From an uncultured Candidatus Entotheonella sp. (GTDB lineage: Bacteria; Tectomicrobia; Entotheonellia; Entotheonellales; Entotheonellaceae): a DNA stretch of 64,000 nt. The number at the start of each line of letters is the position of its first letter. Positions within the stretch are counted from its first letter, which is position 1. The stretch covers positions 800,001-864,000 of the forward strand of contig CBDCDA010000002.1 of NCBI GenBank assembly GCA_965215335.1. The letters are read 5' to 3'. A program made the translations under genes and the position numbers. Of this stretch, positions 1 to 10,882 are shown in pieces. The notes below the pieces were generated by a model. It was not told the origin of the DNA, did no database searches, and saw only the letters and a program-made list of their open reading frames with translations.

Positions 1-581
1 TGCAGCCCCAGGGCACGAAGTCCGTCAAGGAATTTACGTTTGCTGTAATAGCCGTCCGTTATCACATAGCGTAGATGATGGAGTTGGTGGCCACAGACCA
101 CGCCTCGCAATTGCTCCAGATAGGCATCGATACGGGTGCCTTGCACCTCAGAGGTCTTGTCGCTCGGCGGTGTCTGCTCAACACTGAGGCCATAGGCGCA
201 TCTGTCGGTGAGGTCGAGCCAGGCTATAGCCGAGACTTCCAGACCTTTTTCACTGCGCCGGTGGCCACTATTCCAGAAGGGTTCAAGACCATAGGTGTGG
301 TTGCCACTTTTGGGGATGAAGCTGGCATCGATGACCAGAGCCTGTTGATGATCAGGCGGGATGACCTGGGTAATGGCCGCCTTGTTGAGTGCGACAAAGT
401 CGAAGGGTCGGTCGTACCAGCGCGCAAAGGTGCGCTCGTGATATGGACTGTAGCGGCTGAGATTGCGAAACGTGGCGTGTCCGGGAAGCATCAGGAGAAG
501 TCCCAAGAGATGGGCGACGAATTTGCGTTGCGGTTTCTTGGTTTGGGCCAAGGTCGGCAGTACACTTTGAAGCAGTCGCAC
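1..581 (-). CDS. DDE transposase, N-terminal part (partial)
   Basis: Same sequence as the 5' part of the 401-aa transposase at 32788-33993. Confidence 0.85.
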   Translation of the reverse strand, partial: MRLLQSVLPTLAQTKKPQRKFVAHLLGLLLMLPGHATFRNLSRYSPYHERTFARWYDRPFDFVALNKAAITQVIPPDHQQALVIDASFIPKSGNHTYGLEPFWNSGHRRSEKGLEVSAIAWLDLTDRCAYGLSVEQTPPSDKTSEVQGTRIDAYLEQLRGVVCGHQLHHLRYVITDGYYSKRKFLDGLRALGL

Positions 582-674
582 GGGGCGCCTCCATTCTCAG
601 TTGCGTTGGCTACACAACTATAGAATTGGAGAACCCGTGCGGCTACCTAGCTGTCAAAACTGTCCGAAGTATTG
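1..674 (-). mobile_element. IS701-like (IS4 superfamily DDE) insertion sequence, partial (runs off window start)
   Basis: Near-identical to 33413-34086 (offset 33412). Ends at the same terminus ...CTGTCCGAAGTATTG. Confidence 0.9.
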
Positions 675-817
675 GATGCTGAAGAACCCGCGCGTAAAGA
701 AATATTCAAAAGGACTCCCGACTGGCCGGTCTGAACTGTGCGGCCAAACAGCGCATTCCATGTGTGAGATTTGCCGGGGTTTCGAGTGCCAACGACGACA
801 ACGAGCAAGCGTTCCAT
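675..817 (-). pseudogene. Fragment of a small P-loop-like protein truncated by the IS
   Basis: MERLLVVVVGTRNPGKSHTWNALFGRTV (beta strand + GxxxxGKS) runs into the IS end. Confidence 0.35.
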
Positions 818-1172
818 TTCCCCTCCTTTCCACAACCGAACCTGCCAGAACTTGATTCAATTTTCTGGGGGCTTTCTTTATGTATTTCCCCTCAAGTCGA
901 CTGAACGTAGCTTCAGCCATGAAATGCGGCCTTCTTATGGTGCCGTCTTATAGCGTTTTGCGTTTGCATGTCTGGTTTTCGCCGGGCGGGTGGGCAGACA
1001 CTCCTGTCTGCCCATGGAGGGCGGTTCCGTCCTCCACAAGGGCTGCAAGTCCGCTCCATGCGCTTGCCGAATTCTCCAAATTGCTCCTTGCTGACATACT
1101 CGTCGGCCATGTTTTTCCTCTTGGGCTTGGGTTGGCTTGCGCCAGTCTCGGGGGCCGGAGAGTCTGGTGTCA

Positions 1173-1678
1173 TCACATGCTCCACACCGCTGCCGGCGGT
1201 CCGCCGGCCGTCTCCATGCGCCGGAATATCTTCTCGTCCCACGACCGGTCTCTGGTGCGGTCGAAGATGACGAGGTGGCCCGCCTCGGCGGCGCAGCGGT
1301 CCATCTTCAAGTCGCCGTTCTCGATGTGCCAGGCCGGGTCGTGATGGAAGAGACCTCACCTGGGTGGTCCAGGTGAGGTCGCATTGCAGATCATCCGGCG
1401 GGATCGTGTCGGGGTCTGAAGCGCCACTCAGCAGGGGCTCGACGACACGCCGGACACGCTCCTCCTGGAGCTTGTCGGTGAGCTGATCCCAAGTGCGTCT
1501 CGCGGCGCCGGATCAGTTGCTCCCTGACGACATGGATCGCCTCGATCGTGATGGCCCGCCCGCGGTCCCGTTCGCCTCGCAGTCGCGGTAGGCGAGGGCG
1601 TTCACCAGCCACGGCTGCCCCGTTGCTTCGGTGTGCTGGGTGAGCAGGGTTCGCGTCTCGGCGGTGGAGGAGTCGCGC
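1173..1678 (-). pseudogene. Internally deleted relic of the AAA-ATPase/PD-(D/E)XK family gene (paralog of 36119-37720)
   Basis: Fragments AETRTLLTQHTEATGQPWLVNAL, REQLIRRRETHL, DKLQEERVRRVVEPLLSG and MDRCAAEAGHLVIFDRT..WDEKIFRR..VWSM* are colinear with the intact paralog. Confidence 0.8.
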
Positions 1679-1703
1679 ATGCCGTGCATTATCGCATACT
1701 CCT

Positions 1704-2891
1704 CTACTTGCCCTGCACGCCGCGCGGGTCAAAGGCGTCGCGCAGCCCGTCGCCCAGGTAGTTGAAGGCCATGACGGTGACGAAGATCAGGGCGCCGGGG
1801 ATGAGAATCCACGGGTGGAACTTGATCTGTGCGATGTCCATGGACAGCGCCAGCATGTTGCCCCAGGAGGCTTCCGGGTCCTGGATGCCGAGGCCGAGCA
1901 GGCTGAGGCCGGATTCGCCCAAGATGTAGCCGGGGATGGACATGGTGGCCGAGACGATGGCGTAGGACAGCGTGTTGGGCAGCACGTGGCGTACGATGAC
2001 GAGGCGGTCCGGCACGCCCGTGGCGCGGGCGCTGGTAATGTAATCCATCGAGGCGATGGAGAGCACCAGGCCGCGGATGGTGCGCGCCAGCCCGGCCCAG
2101 CCGATGAAGCTGAGGATGGCGATGATGGCCACGTAGGTCTGGAACGACGACCAGTCAGCGGGGATGGCGGCGCGCAGCGACAGCAGCAGGTAGAAACCCG
2201 GGATCAGCATGAGCATTTCGCACAGGCGCTGGATGGCGATGTCGGTGCGCCCGCCGAAGTAACCGGAAGCGCCGCCCACCAGCATGCCGAGAACGAAGGT
2301 GATGGCCACGCCGAGCAGCCCGACGGACAGTGAGATGCGCCCGCCGTACAGCAGCCGTGACAGCACGTCGCGCCCGAAGTTGTCGGCGCCGAGCAGGAAG
2401 AGCGTGGGCCGATTCGGGTCGTCCGGGTCGATGGTTCCCAGGCCGCGCAGGCCGAACAGGTGCACGCGGGTCTCGAACAACCCCAGCAGGCGGTAGGGGT
2501 CACCCTTGACGAAAAAGCCGACCGGGTAGGCGGCGCCGGGGATTGGGCGGTACACCTTGCGCTGGTTCACGTCGAACTCGTACGTGCTGTTGGTGATGTA
2601 AGGCCAGCGCAGGCCGTTGGCGTCGGAGACGCGCAGCCAGGTGATCATCGGTGGATGGTACGCCTTTTTGCGGGCGCTGCTGGCGTAGTGGTACGGGGCC
2701 AGGAAGTCGGCGAAGAGGGCGCTGCCGTAGAGCAGCACCAGGGTCCAGAAGCCGAGCATGGCCAGCCGGTTGCGGCGCAGCCGCAACAGGGCACGGCGCA
2801 GCGGCGAGCGCGACAGGGGCTCGGCCTCGGAGGCGGCCTGGGGTAGAGCCTTTGCCGGGCGCGGTTGGCTGTGCGATTCGACCTGTTGCAT
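1704..2891 (-). CDS. oppC: Peptide/nickel ABC transporter permease, OppC/DppC type
   Basis: RLRRNRLAMLG, LLGADNFGRDVLSRLLYGGRISL, EAA-like loop, LSLLGLG..PEASWG, GDGLRDAFDPR. Confidence 0.92.
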   Translation of the reverse strand: MQQVESHSQPRPAKALPQAASEAEPLSRSPLRRALLRLRRNRLAMLGFWTLVLLYGSALFADFLAPYHYASSARKKAYHPPMITWLRVSDANGLRWPYITNSTYEFDVNQRKVYRPIPGAAYPVGFFVKGDPYRLLGLFETRVHLFGLRGLGTIDPDDPNRPTLFLLGADNFGRDVLSRLLYGGRISLSVGLLGVAITFVLGMLVGGASGYFGGRTDIAIQRLCEMLMLIPGFYLLLSLRAAIPADWSSFQTYVAIIAILSFIGWAGLARTIRGLVLSIASMDYITSARATGVPDRLVIVRHVLPNTLSYAIVSATMSIPGYILGESGLSLLGLGIQDPEASWGNMLALSMDIAQIKFHPWILIPGALIFVTVMAFNYLGDGLRDAFDPRGVQGK

Positions 2892-2896
2892 GGCCC

Positions 2897-4765
2897 TCAA
2901 CCATAGCTGATGCGGGGATCGATCCAGGCGAGCAGGATGTCGGCGAGCAGGTTGCCGACGACCAGCAGCAGCGCGCTCACCAGCGAGCTCGCCATCACCA
3001 GGTAGATGTCGTAGGAGCGCACCGCCTTGAGCATGAGCTGGCCGATGCCGGGGTAGCTGAAGATGATCTCGACCAGCGCCGAGCCGCCGATCATGGCGGG
3101 CAGCAGGGAGCCGAACCCGGCCACGAACGGCGTCATGGCGTTACGCAGGATGTGCTTGTAGTTCACCACCGTGTTGGACAACCCCTTGGCGCGCGCGGTG
3201 ACCACGAACGGCATGTTGCGCTTGTCCAGGAACTCCGCCCGCAGCACGCGCACCAGGCCGGCCATGGCGCCGGTGCCCAGCACCACCACCGGCAGCACCA
3301 GGTGGCGGGCGATGTCCATCATGCGCTCCCAGCGGCTCATCTCGTAGTAATGGGCCGAGGTCAACCCGCCGATGGGGAACAGTTCGTACAGCAGGTGGTT
3401 GGGGCTGAAGTCGTACGTCAGGGTGGTGGCGTAGAGCAGCAGCAGCGCGAAGAAGAACGACGGGATGGCCATGCCCATGTACGCCATGAAGCCGAAGACC
3501 TTGTCGCTCAGCGAGTACGGGTGGGTGGCCGAGTAGATGCCGATCGGCAGCGCCAGCAGCCAGGTGAACAGGACGGCGAAGACGTTCAGCAGCACGGTGT
3601 TTTTCAGGAACGGCCACATGGTGGACCACACCGGCTGGCGGTTCTCGATGGACTTGCCGAAGTTGGGCGCGCCGATGCTGAAGCCGCTGCCGGCCTTGAC
3701 GAGGCGGATTTCATCCACCCGCAGGGAGCCGGGCGCGTCGCTGCGAAAGCCGATGGGCCCCATGCGGGTGGTATCGACGCCGGCGGCTCGCAGGTCAGCG
3801 AAAGGCACGTAGACGGTCCGGGTGGTGTTGGCGGGCAGGGTGACGGGGGTTTCGTAGACGCCGTTCGCGGTGTCGTGCAGGGCGAGGCGGACGGTCATGT
3901 CCCGCGCCGCCGGCGGCCGCACCGTGAACGCGACGCGGTCGCAGCGGCCGGGGTCGAGCAGGCCGTCGGGGAACTGATTGCGCAGCAGGACCCGCCGTTT
4001 GCTCGGATCGAGGGTGTGGCGGGTGGTGGCCAGCCGGGTATCGCCGGCAAACCAGGCGGCCTGCAATTCCGCCGGCATGCCGCCGTATTGCTGCGCGAAC
4101 AGCATGAACCCCTTGAGATGCTGCCGGTCGACGCTGAAGCGGGCGTAGTCGGTGTCCGACAGGGTGATCGAGGCTGGTGTGCCGGTGGCGATGAAGCGCC
4201 GTTCGACCAGCGCCTTGCCGGCCGCGTCCTGAATCCGCAGGAAAACATCCGCGCCGGCAGTCGTGTCGTTGCGCAGTTCCATCTCCAGCGCCTGGAAGTC
4301 CTCGACGGACCAGTGGTTGCTCGGGTGCTCGCTCGCCGCGTTGGGGTTGTCCGTCCTGCCCAGCACGCCCGTGGCGTCGAGGGCGTCGAAATTGAAGGCG
4401 AGGGCGAATGACCCCGCGTCCCGCAGCCGGACGTGGATGGGCGTGGCATCGCCCTGAATATCGTAGGCATCGCGGTTTTCGGCCAGCGTGTCGTACTCGA
4501 AATCGCCGATGCGAATCCGCTCGTTGGCGAAGCGCACGTCGAACAGGACGCCCCGCAGCCAGTGGACGTATTGCGTGATCCAGCCTTTGTCGGCGCCGAA
4601 CTCGCGTTTCCACTGGCGCAACTGCCGCTGGTCGAGGTCGGGCTGCAGGGACCACTGGTCGAAAAAATCGCCGGGAGCGATCTGGATCATCATGAAAATG
4701 ACGAAGGTGAGGCCGAGGAGCAGCGGGATGGTGATCAGCATGCGTTGGACGATGTAGGTGTACAT
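2897..4765 (-). CDS. oppB: Peptide/nickel ABC transporter permease, OppB/DppB type, with a large extracytoplasmic insertion
   Basis: MYTYIVQRML N-terminus, FVVTARAKGLS, HILRNAM, VEIIFSYPGIG, GNLLADILLAWIDPRI. About 622 aa. Confidence 0.9.
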   Translation of the reverse strand: MYTYIVQRMLITIPLLLGLTFVIFMMIQIAPGDFFDQWSLQPDLDQRQLRQWKREFGADKGWITQYVHWLRGVLFDVRFANERIRIGDFEYDTLAENRDAYDIQGDATPIHVRLRDAGSFALAFNFDALDATGVLGRTDNPNAASEHPSNHWSVEDFQALEMELRNDTTAGADVFLRIQDAAGKALVERRFIATGTPASITLSDTDYARFSVDRQHLKGFMLFAQQYGGMPAELQAAWFAGDTRLATTRHTLDPSKRRVLLRNQFPDGLLDPGRCDRVAFTVRPPAARDMTVRLALHDTANGVYETPVTLPANTTRTVYVPFADLRAAGVDTTRMGPIGFRSDAPGSLRVDEIRLVKAGSGFSIGAPNFGKSIENRQPVWSTMWPFLKNTVLLNVFAVLFTWLLALPIGIYSATHPYSLSDKVFGFMAYMGMAIPSFFFALLLLYATTLTYDFSPNHLLYELFPIGGLTSAHYYEMSRWERMMDIARHLVLPVVVLGTGAMAGLVRVLRAEFLDKRNMPFVVTARAKGLSNTVVNYKHILRNAMTPFVAGFGSLLPAMIGGSALVEIIFSYPGIGQLMLKAVRSYDIYLVMASSLVSALLLVVGNLLADILLAWIDPRISYG

Positions 4766-4884
4766 GGGTGGTTCCTGGGAGCTGAACATCCAGCCCGCGT
4801 GCGGGCCAGAGGCCCGCACGCCCGGGAGGTGCCAACGACTTCACAAACTCGGAATGCAAGCCCTGACGATCCGAGAAGGCGCTA

Positions 4885-5726
4885 GGCTCAGGACCTATAA
4901 AGGGTTATCATTGAACATATCGGATTCAAGACCCTGACTCCATGGGGAGGTTCATCATGCCCGATCATCACTTCTGGCTCTCCGATGCGCAGTTTGCCCG
5001 ACTCCAACCCCTGCTACCCAACAAGGTGCGCGGCGTCCCGCGCGTCGATGACCGAAAGGTCATCAGCGGCATCATCCACGTCATTCGATACGGTCTGATG
5101 TGGCGCCACGCGCCCGCCTGCTACGGTCCCCACAAGACGCTCTACAACCGCTTCGTGCGCTGGAGCAAGGCCGGTGTCTTCGACCGCATCTTCCAAACCC
5201 TGGCCGCCGACAGCACGGCCACCGAGACCGTCATGATCGACAGCACGCATCTCAAGGCGCATCGCACCGCTGCCAGCCTGCTCGAGGGGGGCTTTTCCGC
5301 GCCATGTCGGGCGTACCCGAGGCGGCCTCAACTCGAAACTTCACGCCGTCTGCGACGGCGACGGCAAGCCCGTCGTCATGGTGTTGACTGCGGGCCGGGT
5401 CAGCGACTATCGCGGGGCGGACATGGCGCCGCCCGCATTGCCGGAGGCCGACGTGCTGATTGCCGACAAGGGTTATGACAGCAACCGGCTGCGCAAGGCG
5501 CTTGCCGAGCGCAAGATCAAGCCCTGTATTCCAGGCCGTGCCAATCGTAAAGAGCCGATTGTCTACGACACGGAGCTCTACAAGAGCCGTAATCTCATCG
5601 AGCGCCTGTTCGGTCGCCTCAAGGATTGGCGCCGTATCGCCACACGCCATGATCGCTGTGCGCACACTTTCTACAGCGCCATCTGTATTGCTGCCACGGT
5701 CATCTTCTGGTTATGAGTCCTGAACC
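4885..5726 (+). mobile_element. IS5-family element (IS427-like), copy 1
   Basis: TIRs GGCTCAGGAC / GTCCTGAACC, TA target duplication, two-ORF transposase. Confidence 0.92.
4957..5716 (+). CDS. IS5-family transposase (orfA/orfB, frameshifted)
   Basis: RVDDRKVISGI..YGPHKTLYNRFVRW..MIDST; orfB LHAVCD..ADKGYDS..RNLIERLFGRLKDWRRIATR. Confidence 0.85.
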
Positions 5727-5751
5727 TAACTCACCAGCCACTGACCCTTAG

Positions 5752-7560
5752 TCACTGAACGTAAAGGTAACGCACGTCGAACAGGCCGTACAGCGTCGGC
5801 GTCACGTTTCCGTATGCGTTGCGCACCGCGGTGATGCGCTCGGCGAGGGCGGTGTAGATCACCGGCAGGCTGTCGGAGGCGATCTGCTGGAACTCGTGGT
5901 AGATGGCATGGCGTGTCGTCTGATTCATCTCGCGGCTGCCACGCACGAACAACTCGTTGATGGCCGCTTCCCACGGGGTGGCCGGTGTCTCCTGCAGCGG
6001 ATGCCACAGGTGCAGGCGCTCCGACGAGTGCCACAGGTTGATGGCGCCGTGCGGCTCGACGCCGCCGGTGAAGCCGATGACGATGGCCTCCCAGTCGTAG
6101 GTGCTCACCAACTGTGACACCAGCGTGTTGAATTCCATGAAGCGGGTATTGGCCTGCACGCCGACCTTCGCGAGGTCCTGTTTCAGCAGCGTGCAGACCT
6201 TCTCGCGGATGTCGTTGCCGGAATTCGTCGCCAGCGTGAAGGACAGGGTGTTGCCCTCGTCGTCCTCGCGGAACCCGTCGCCGTCCAGGTCGAACCAGCC
6301 GAGGCCGTCGAGCAGGTTGTTGGCGCGTTTCAGGTCGTAGGCGTACTGGGTGACGTCCGGGTTGTGGAACGGCCCCGCCGCCGGGCTGATGGCGGCCCAT
6401 TGCGGGTAGCCCAAGCCGTTCATGACGTTGTCGATGATGCTGTCTTTATCGACGCTGTGGGCGACGGCCTTGCGGAAATCGGGATTCGTGAACCACTTCA
6501 GCTTGGCCGGCTGCACGAACGCCCGGTCGTTGTCGGGGTTCTTGCCCCGGTTCTGGTTGAAGGCCAGGAAGGTGGTGCCGAAATTCGGTCCTTGGTGGTG
6601 CAGGGTGAAGTTCTTGGCAGCCTCCTCCGGCTTCAGGACCGGGTACTGGTCGCCCGTGACGCCGAGGACGTCGGTCTCGCCGGCCTGGAATTTGAGCACC
6701 GCCGCGGCGATGTCCTGCACCACCAGATAGACGACCTGGTCCAGGTAGGGCAGGGCATTGCCCGCCGCGTCTTTCTTCCAGTATAGCGGGTTCTTGCGCA
6801 GCACGATGCGCTCCCCGACGTCGTATCGCGCGATGGTGAACGGCCCCGTGCCGATGATCTCGCCGGGATCGGTCCCCACGTCCCAGGTGGAGGTGAAGCT
6901 GCCGTCGTCGACGTGTTTTTCCAGAATGTGCCTGGGATAAATGGGGGTGCCCATGGTGCGCAGGAACGGCGCGAAGGGTACGGGCAGGGTGAAGCGGACG
7001 GTATGGTCGTCGATCCTGGCGACGGCGATCTGCCCGCGCTGCCATTCCTGCGTGGCCTCGTCGAGGTGGCGGATCGTCAGGCCGGGTCGTGCCGAGGCGG
7101 GGACGTCGTCGTTGTAGATGATGCGTTGGAAGGTGAAGAGGACATCGTCAGCGGTGAACGGCGTGCCGTCGGACCACTGGACACCCTGGCGCAGGTAAAA
7201 CGTCCACACCAGGCCATCGTCGGAGCGTTCCCAACGCTCGGCCAGATTGCCCTCCACGCGGGCCGTCAGCCAGGAAGATTCGGTCAGACCCTCGAACAGG
7301 TAATTCAGGATTTCCGTGGATGACGTTTCCGTCGAGATCGCCAGGTTGAAGGTCTTCGGTCCGCTGATCGTGGAATGCGTCAACGAGCCGCCCGGCTTGC
7401 CGACCACGTAGCGAAACTCGGTCGCGTTCTGATTGAGCCGCTCGAACAGCGCGTCGCCGCTGTCTCCCTGGCCGAGCGCCGTCCCACTGCAGCCGATCGC
7501 CAGGGCCCCGAACGCCAGTAACGCAATCCCTCTCTTGAAACGCCCTGCAACGGTACGCAT
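5752..7560 (-). CDS. oppA: Peptide/nickel ABC transporter substrate-binding protein
   Basis: Signal peptide, LAERWERSDDGLVWTFYLRQGVQWSDGTPFTADDVLFTF (SBP family 5 signature), GTGPF. Confidence 0.93.
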   Translation of the reverse strand: MRTVAGRFKRGIALLAFGALAIGCSGTALGQGDSGDALFERLNQNATEFRYVVGKPGGSLTHSTISGPKTFNLAISTETSSTEILNYLFEGLTESSWLTARVEGNLAERWERSDDGLVWTFYLRQGVQWSDGTPFTADDVLFTFQRIIYNDDVPASARPGLTIRHLDEATQEWQRGQIAVARIDDHTVRFTLPVPFAPFLRTMGTPIYPRHILEKHVDDGSFTSTWDVGTDPGEIIGTGPFTIARYDVGERIVLRKNPLYWKKDAAGNALPYLDQVVYLVVQDIAAAVLKFQAGETDVLGVTGDQYPVLKPEEAAKNFTLHHQGPNFGTTFLAFNQNRGKNPDNDRAFVQPAKLKWFTNPDFRKAVAHSVDKDSIIDNVMNGLGYPQWAAISPAAGPFHNPDVTQYAYDLKRANNLLDGLGWFDLDGDGFREDDEGNTLSFTLATNSGNDIREKVCTLLKQDLAKVGVQANTRFMEFNTLVSQLVSTYDWEAIVIGFTGGVEPHGAINLWHSSERLHLWHPLQETPATPWEAAINELFVRGSREMNQTTRHAIYHEFQQIASDSLPVIYTALAERITAVRNAYGNVTPTLYGLFDVRYLYVQ

Positions 7561-7696
7561 AGGTTCTCCCGCCTTGTGGTATGGTGTATCGTGATGTCAT
7601 TTCGGCAACGCATGCATCCCAGCCATCCTGGCAATTGCAAAGGCTTGCTGTCAAGAGGCACGTGGCAACCTGCCCTTCCAACAGATAGTTGCTCAT

Positions 7697-8533
7697 TTGG
7701 ATTTCATTTACGACAAAAGGTGCGTCGTGCGACCTGTCGTTCTGCAATACGAGCCGTGGATACGCCTGGGCGGCTTTGGCGTCGCCTTCCTGGCAGTGGC
7801 ACTGGCTGAGCGCTGCGCGCCGCGGCGCCGGGCGGGTACGGCCACCGCGCCGCGCTGGGTCGCCAATCTGGGGCTGGTGGTAGTGGACAGTCTGATGCTG
7901 CGCCTGTTGTCCGTGGCGTCAGCCGTAGGCACGGCCTCGGCCGTCGAGGCGCAGGGCTGGGGGCTGTTCAACCGCCTGTTCTGGCCCGTCTGGCTCGCTG
8001 GCCTGGTGGCGGTGGTGATCCTGGATTTCGCCATCTACCTGCAGCACGTCCTGCTTCACGCCGTGCCGGTGCTGTGGCGCTTCCATCGGGTACACCACAG
8101 CGACCGCGATTTCGACGTCACCACCGGGGTGCGCTTTCACCCGGTGGAAATCCTGCTTTCCCTGATCTACAAGATGGGCATCGTCGCCGTCCTTGGACTG
8201 CCGGCGGTCGCCGTTCTCGCCTTTGAGGTCAGCCTCAACGCCACCAGCCTGTTCAACCACGGCAACGTGTTCCTGCCCGCCAGGGCAGACCGGATGCTGA
8301 GATGGTTCCTGGTGACCCCCGACATGCACCGTGTGCATCACTCGCCCGTGCGCGTCGAGACCAACAGCAATTTCGGATTCAACCTGTCCTGGTGGGACCG
8401 CCTGTTCGGCACCTACCGAGCCCAGCCGGCGGCCGGCCACGACGCCATGGCCATCGGTCTTGACGACTTCCGACAACCCGACCGCTGGCCGCTCTTGGGC
8501 CTGCTTGCGATGCCGTTCCGGCGTGCATTATAG
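7697..8533 (+). CDS. Sterol desaturase / fatty acid hydroxylase family protein
   Basis: His boxes HVLLH, HRVHH, FNHGN, HRVHH; NFG..WDRLFGT. Start codon uncertain. Confidence 0.88.
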   Translation: MDFIYDKRCVVRPVVLQYEPWIRLGGFGVAFLAVALAERCAPRRRAGTATAPRWVANLGLVVVDSLMLRLLSVASAVGTASAVEAQGWGLFNRLFWPVWLAGLVAVVILDFAIYLQHVLLHAVPVLWRFHRVHHSDRDFDVTTGVRFHPVEILLSLIYKMGIVAVLGLPAVAVLAFEVSLNATSLFNHGNVFLPARADRMLRWFLVTPDMHRVHHSPVRVETNSNFGFNLSWWDRLFGTYRAQPAAGHDAMAIGLDDFRQPDRWPLLGLLAMPFRRAL

Positions 8534-8539
8534 GTCCGA

Positions 8540-9123
8540 TTAGCGAAGCGTGATCCGACGTTCCGCGTTAGCCTTTGCGGCGGTGGTGCAGTATTGGGAC
8601 AGGGCGGCCATGGAGGGATGGTTGGCCGAAACCGCAGACGGCAGGTTTTCATATCTGTGCAGCAATTCCGACTCCGATAGCTGTCGGGGCCAGTCCAGGT
8701 TCAGGGTAATGATACCGTTATCGTCGATTCTGATTGCACCGATATCCAGAAAATTGGCGAGGTCTCTGACCCACGCGCGTCTGGGGTATTTGAGGTTATG
8801 GTATGCACCGGAAGTGCGATGAAGCAAAACCGTGATGTCCAGGGTGGGCGAATCAAGCAGAGATTCCAGGACACATAACTGGCGCTCGGCCAGGACCCGG
8901 CGACGCGGGCTGCGCAACTGTCCAAACAGGGATTGGGCAAACTGCCGAAACAGGGTTCTCTTGTTATGGTCCACGATGCTTGCGGCAACCGCATTGCATC
9001 GCGCCGAGACCGCAGGCAGCGCAAATCTCAGAAAGGGCGTCAGGTCATGGCCTTTGCGGCGGGATTCGGACATTGCCGCTAAGTAGTCGTCTTTGTGCTC
9101 ATAGTTTGTGCTCATAGTAGTAA
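8540..9123 (-). pseudogene. C-terminal remnant of a Fic-family protein
   Basis: YYYEHKDDYLAAMSESRRKGHDLTPFLRFAL is typical of the region after the Fic motif. A 13-bp tandem duplication (TTTGTGCTCATAG x2, 9092-9117) shifts the frame, and the 5' part is replaced by IS DNA. Confidence 0.6.
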
Positions 9124-9207
9124 GTGATGTTACGCACCGTTTGAGTCATGAACAGGATGAGGAACCATGAACAGAGAACTCATAGACCTCTACAGTGATT
9201 ACCTCTT
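9124..9207 (+). mobile_element. Left-end stub of an IS701-family element
   Basis: TGATGTTACGCA end-like motif, RBS GAGG, then MNRELIDLYSDYLL (resembles IS701 transposase N-termini), cut by the next IS. Confidence 0.55.
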
Positions 9208-9278
9208 GAGCCTTTTGCAAAATGGACAAGCGCGCCAGGATTATTGATAGAAAGAAGCCGGAAAAGGGCTGATCGTAC

Positions 9279-10805
9279 GTAAGCGTTCAGGGGGGCCAAG
9301 TGTGCAGGTATCTATTGCAGACGGCCCTATTATGGGCTACGGTCACACTCGTTTTTCGCTCTCCCGTTGTCCTTCTCAGGAAGTCCCGAATGGAACCGTC
9401 GATACCGCCTGAGTCGCTGTCGCAAACCGATTGGCAGCACACACCACCGGCTGTACAAGCCTATCTCTTCACCCTGCACCAACGCCTGGCCCAACTCCAG
9501 GAACAAATCGACCAACTCCAAAAGCGCTTGCAACGCACGTCCAAGACATCCGACAAACCACCCTCGTCGGATTCACCCTTCCAAAGACCTGTCAGCAAGC
9601 AAGACAAGCCCCCAGGCAAACGGGGCGCACGAATGGGCCATCCTGGGTCAGGCTCCAGATTGCTCCGTCCCACCGAGCGGCGGGCCATCCATCCCGGACC
9701 TTGTGCCTGCGGCCAGGGCGTACCTGGCCAGACAGCGCCGTATCACCTCCATCAGGTCATGGAGTTGCCACCCATGGCGTTGCACGTCACCCACTGGGTC
9801 TTGCACCAAGGCCGATGTTCAGGCTGTGGCCGGCTGCTCAAGGCCCGCCTCCCCAAGGCGCAGCAAACCGGCCATGGCCCGCGTCTGACGGCCTTGATTG
9901 GCGAACTCAGTGCCATGCACCGCATCTCCCGGCGCGGCGTACAGGATTTCTGTCGCTCGGTGTTGGGTGCGCCAATCAGCCTGGGGGCGATTCAGCGTCT
10001 CATCGACCGTACCTCCCTGGCTATTGTGCCGCACGATGCGGCCATGGCTCGCTTGGCCCGCAAGGCACGGGTGGGCTACGTTGACGAGATGCCCTGGTAC
10101 TGCCGCCATGCCTTGCAATGGCTCTGGAGCATGGTCACGGATACCGTCGCCCTGTACCGTATTCATCCCAAGCGTTCGCAGGAAGCCTTCGGGTCTTTGA
10201 TCAAGGATTGGCGCGGCATCCTGGTCAGTGACGGCTACGGGGTGTATCAAGCCTGGGGCAATGCTCGTCAGACCTGCTTGGCGCATCTCATTCGTCGTGC
10301 CCGGGAGTTGTCGCAGCGACAGGTTCCTGGCCTTGCTGCCTGTGGCAAGGCGGTCCTGCAGGAACTCCAGCGTTTGTGTCAGATGGCTCACGCGCCGCCA
10401 AGTGGGGGGGCAATGGCAGGCATGGTATGCGCGGTTGTGTCGTCTGATGAAACGCTATGGGCTGCGCCCTGATGATGGCGGTCGTCTGGTGAGGTGCTTA
10501 CGGCGCGAGTTGGGTTCGTTGTGGGTGTTTCTCAACGAGTCGGGAGTTGAGCCGACCAACAACCGGGCGGAGCGCGCCTTGCGCTTTGGCGTGTTGTGGC
10601 GCAAGAGTTCCTTGGGTACGGCGAGTATCAAGGGCAATGCCTGGGTGCAACGGAGTCTGTCGCTGCGTCAGACATGTCGGCAACTGGAACAATCGACCTT
10701 CTCGGTGTTGGTTGACGCCCTTGAGGCGTTCATGCACGACCGTCCGCCTGACCTCTCTTGGCTCTACGATAACCCCTCCCATTGCACGGCCCTCTGAACG
10801 CTTAC
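9279..10805 (+). mobile_element. IS66-family element (single-ORF type), copy 1
   Basis: TIRs GTAAGCGTTCAG / CTGAACGCTTAC; perfect 8-bp target duplication GATCGTAC. Confidence 0.95.
9390..10797 (+). pseudogene. IS66 transposase, frameshifted at a G7 run (about 10404-10410)
   Basis: TSKTSDKPPSSD, LVSDGYGVY, QTCLAHLIR, VEPTNNRAERALR are split over two frames. Confidence 0.85.
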
Positions 10806-10882
10806 GATCGTACTGGGACAAGGCCGTCTCTCCTTCGTATCATGGGGTCTTCGACCCCCCACATGACAAGGAGAGAGCAACC

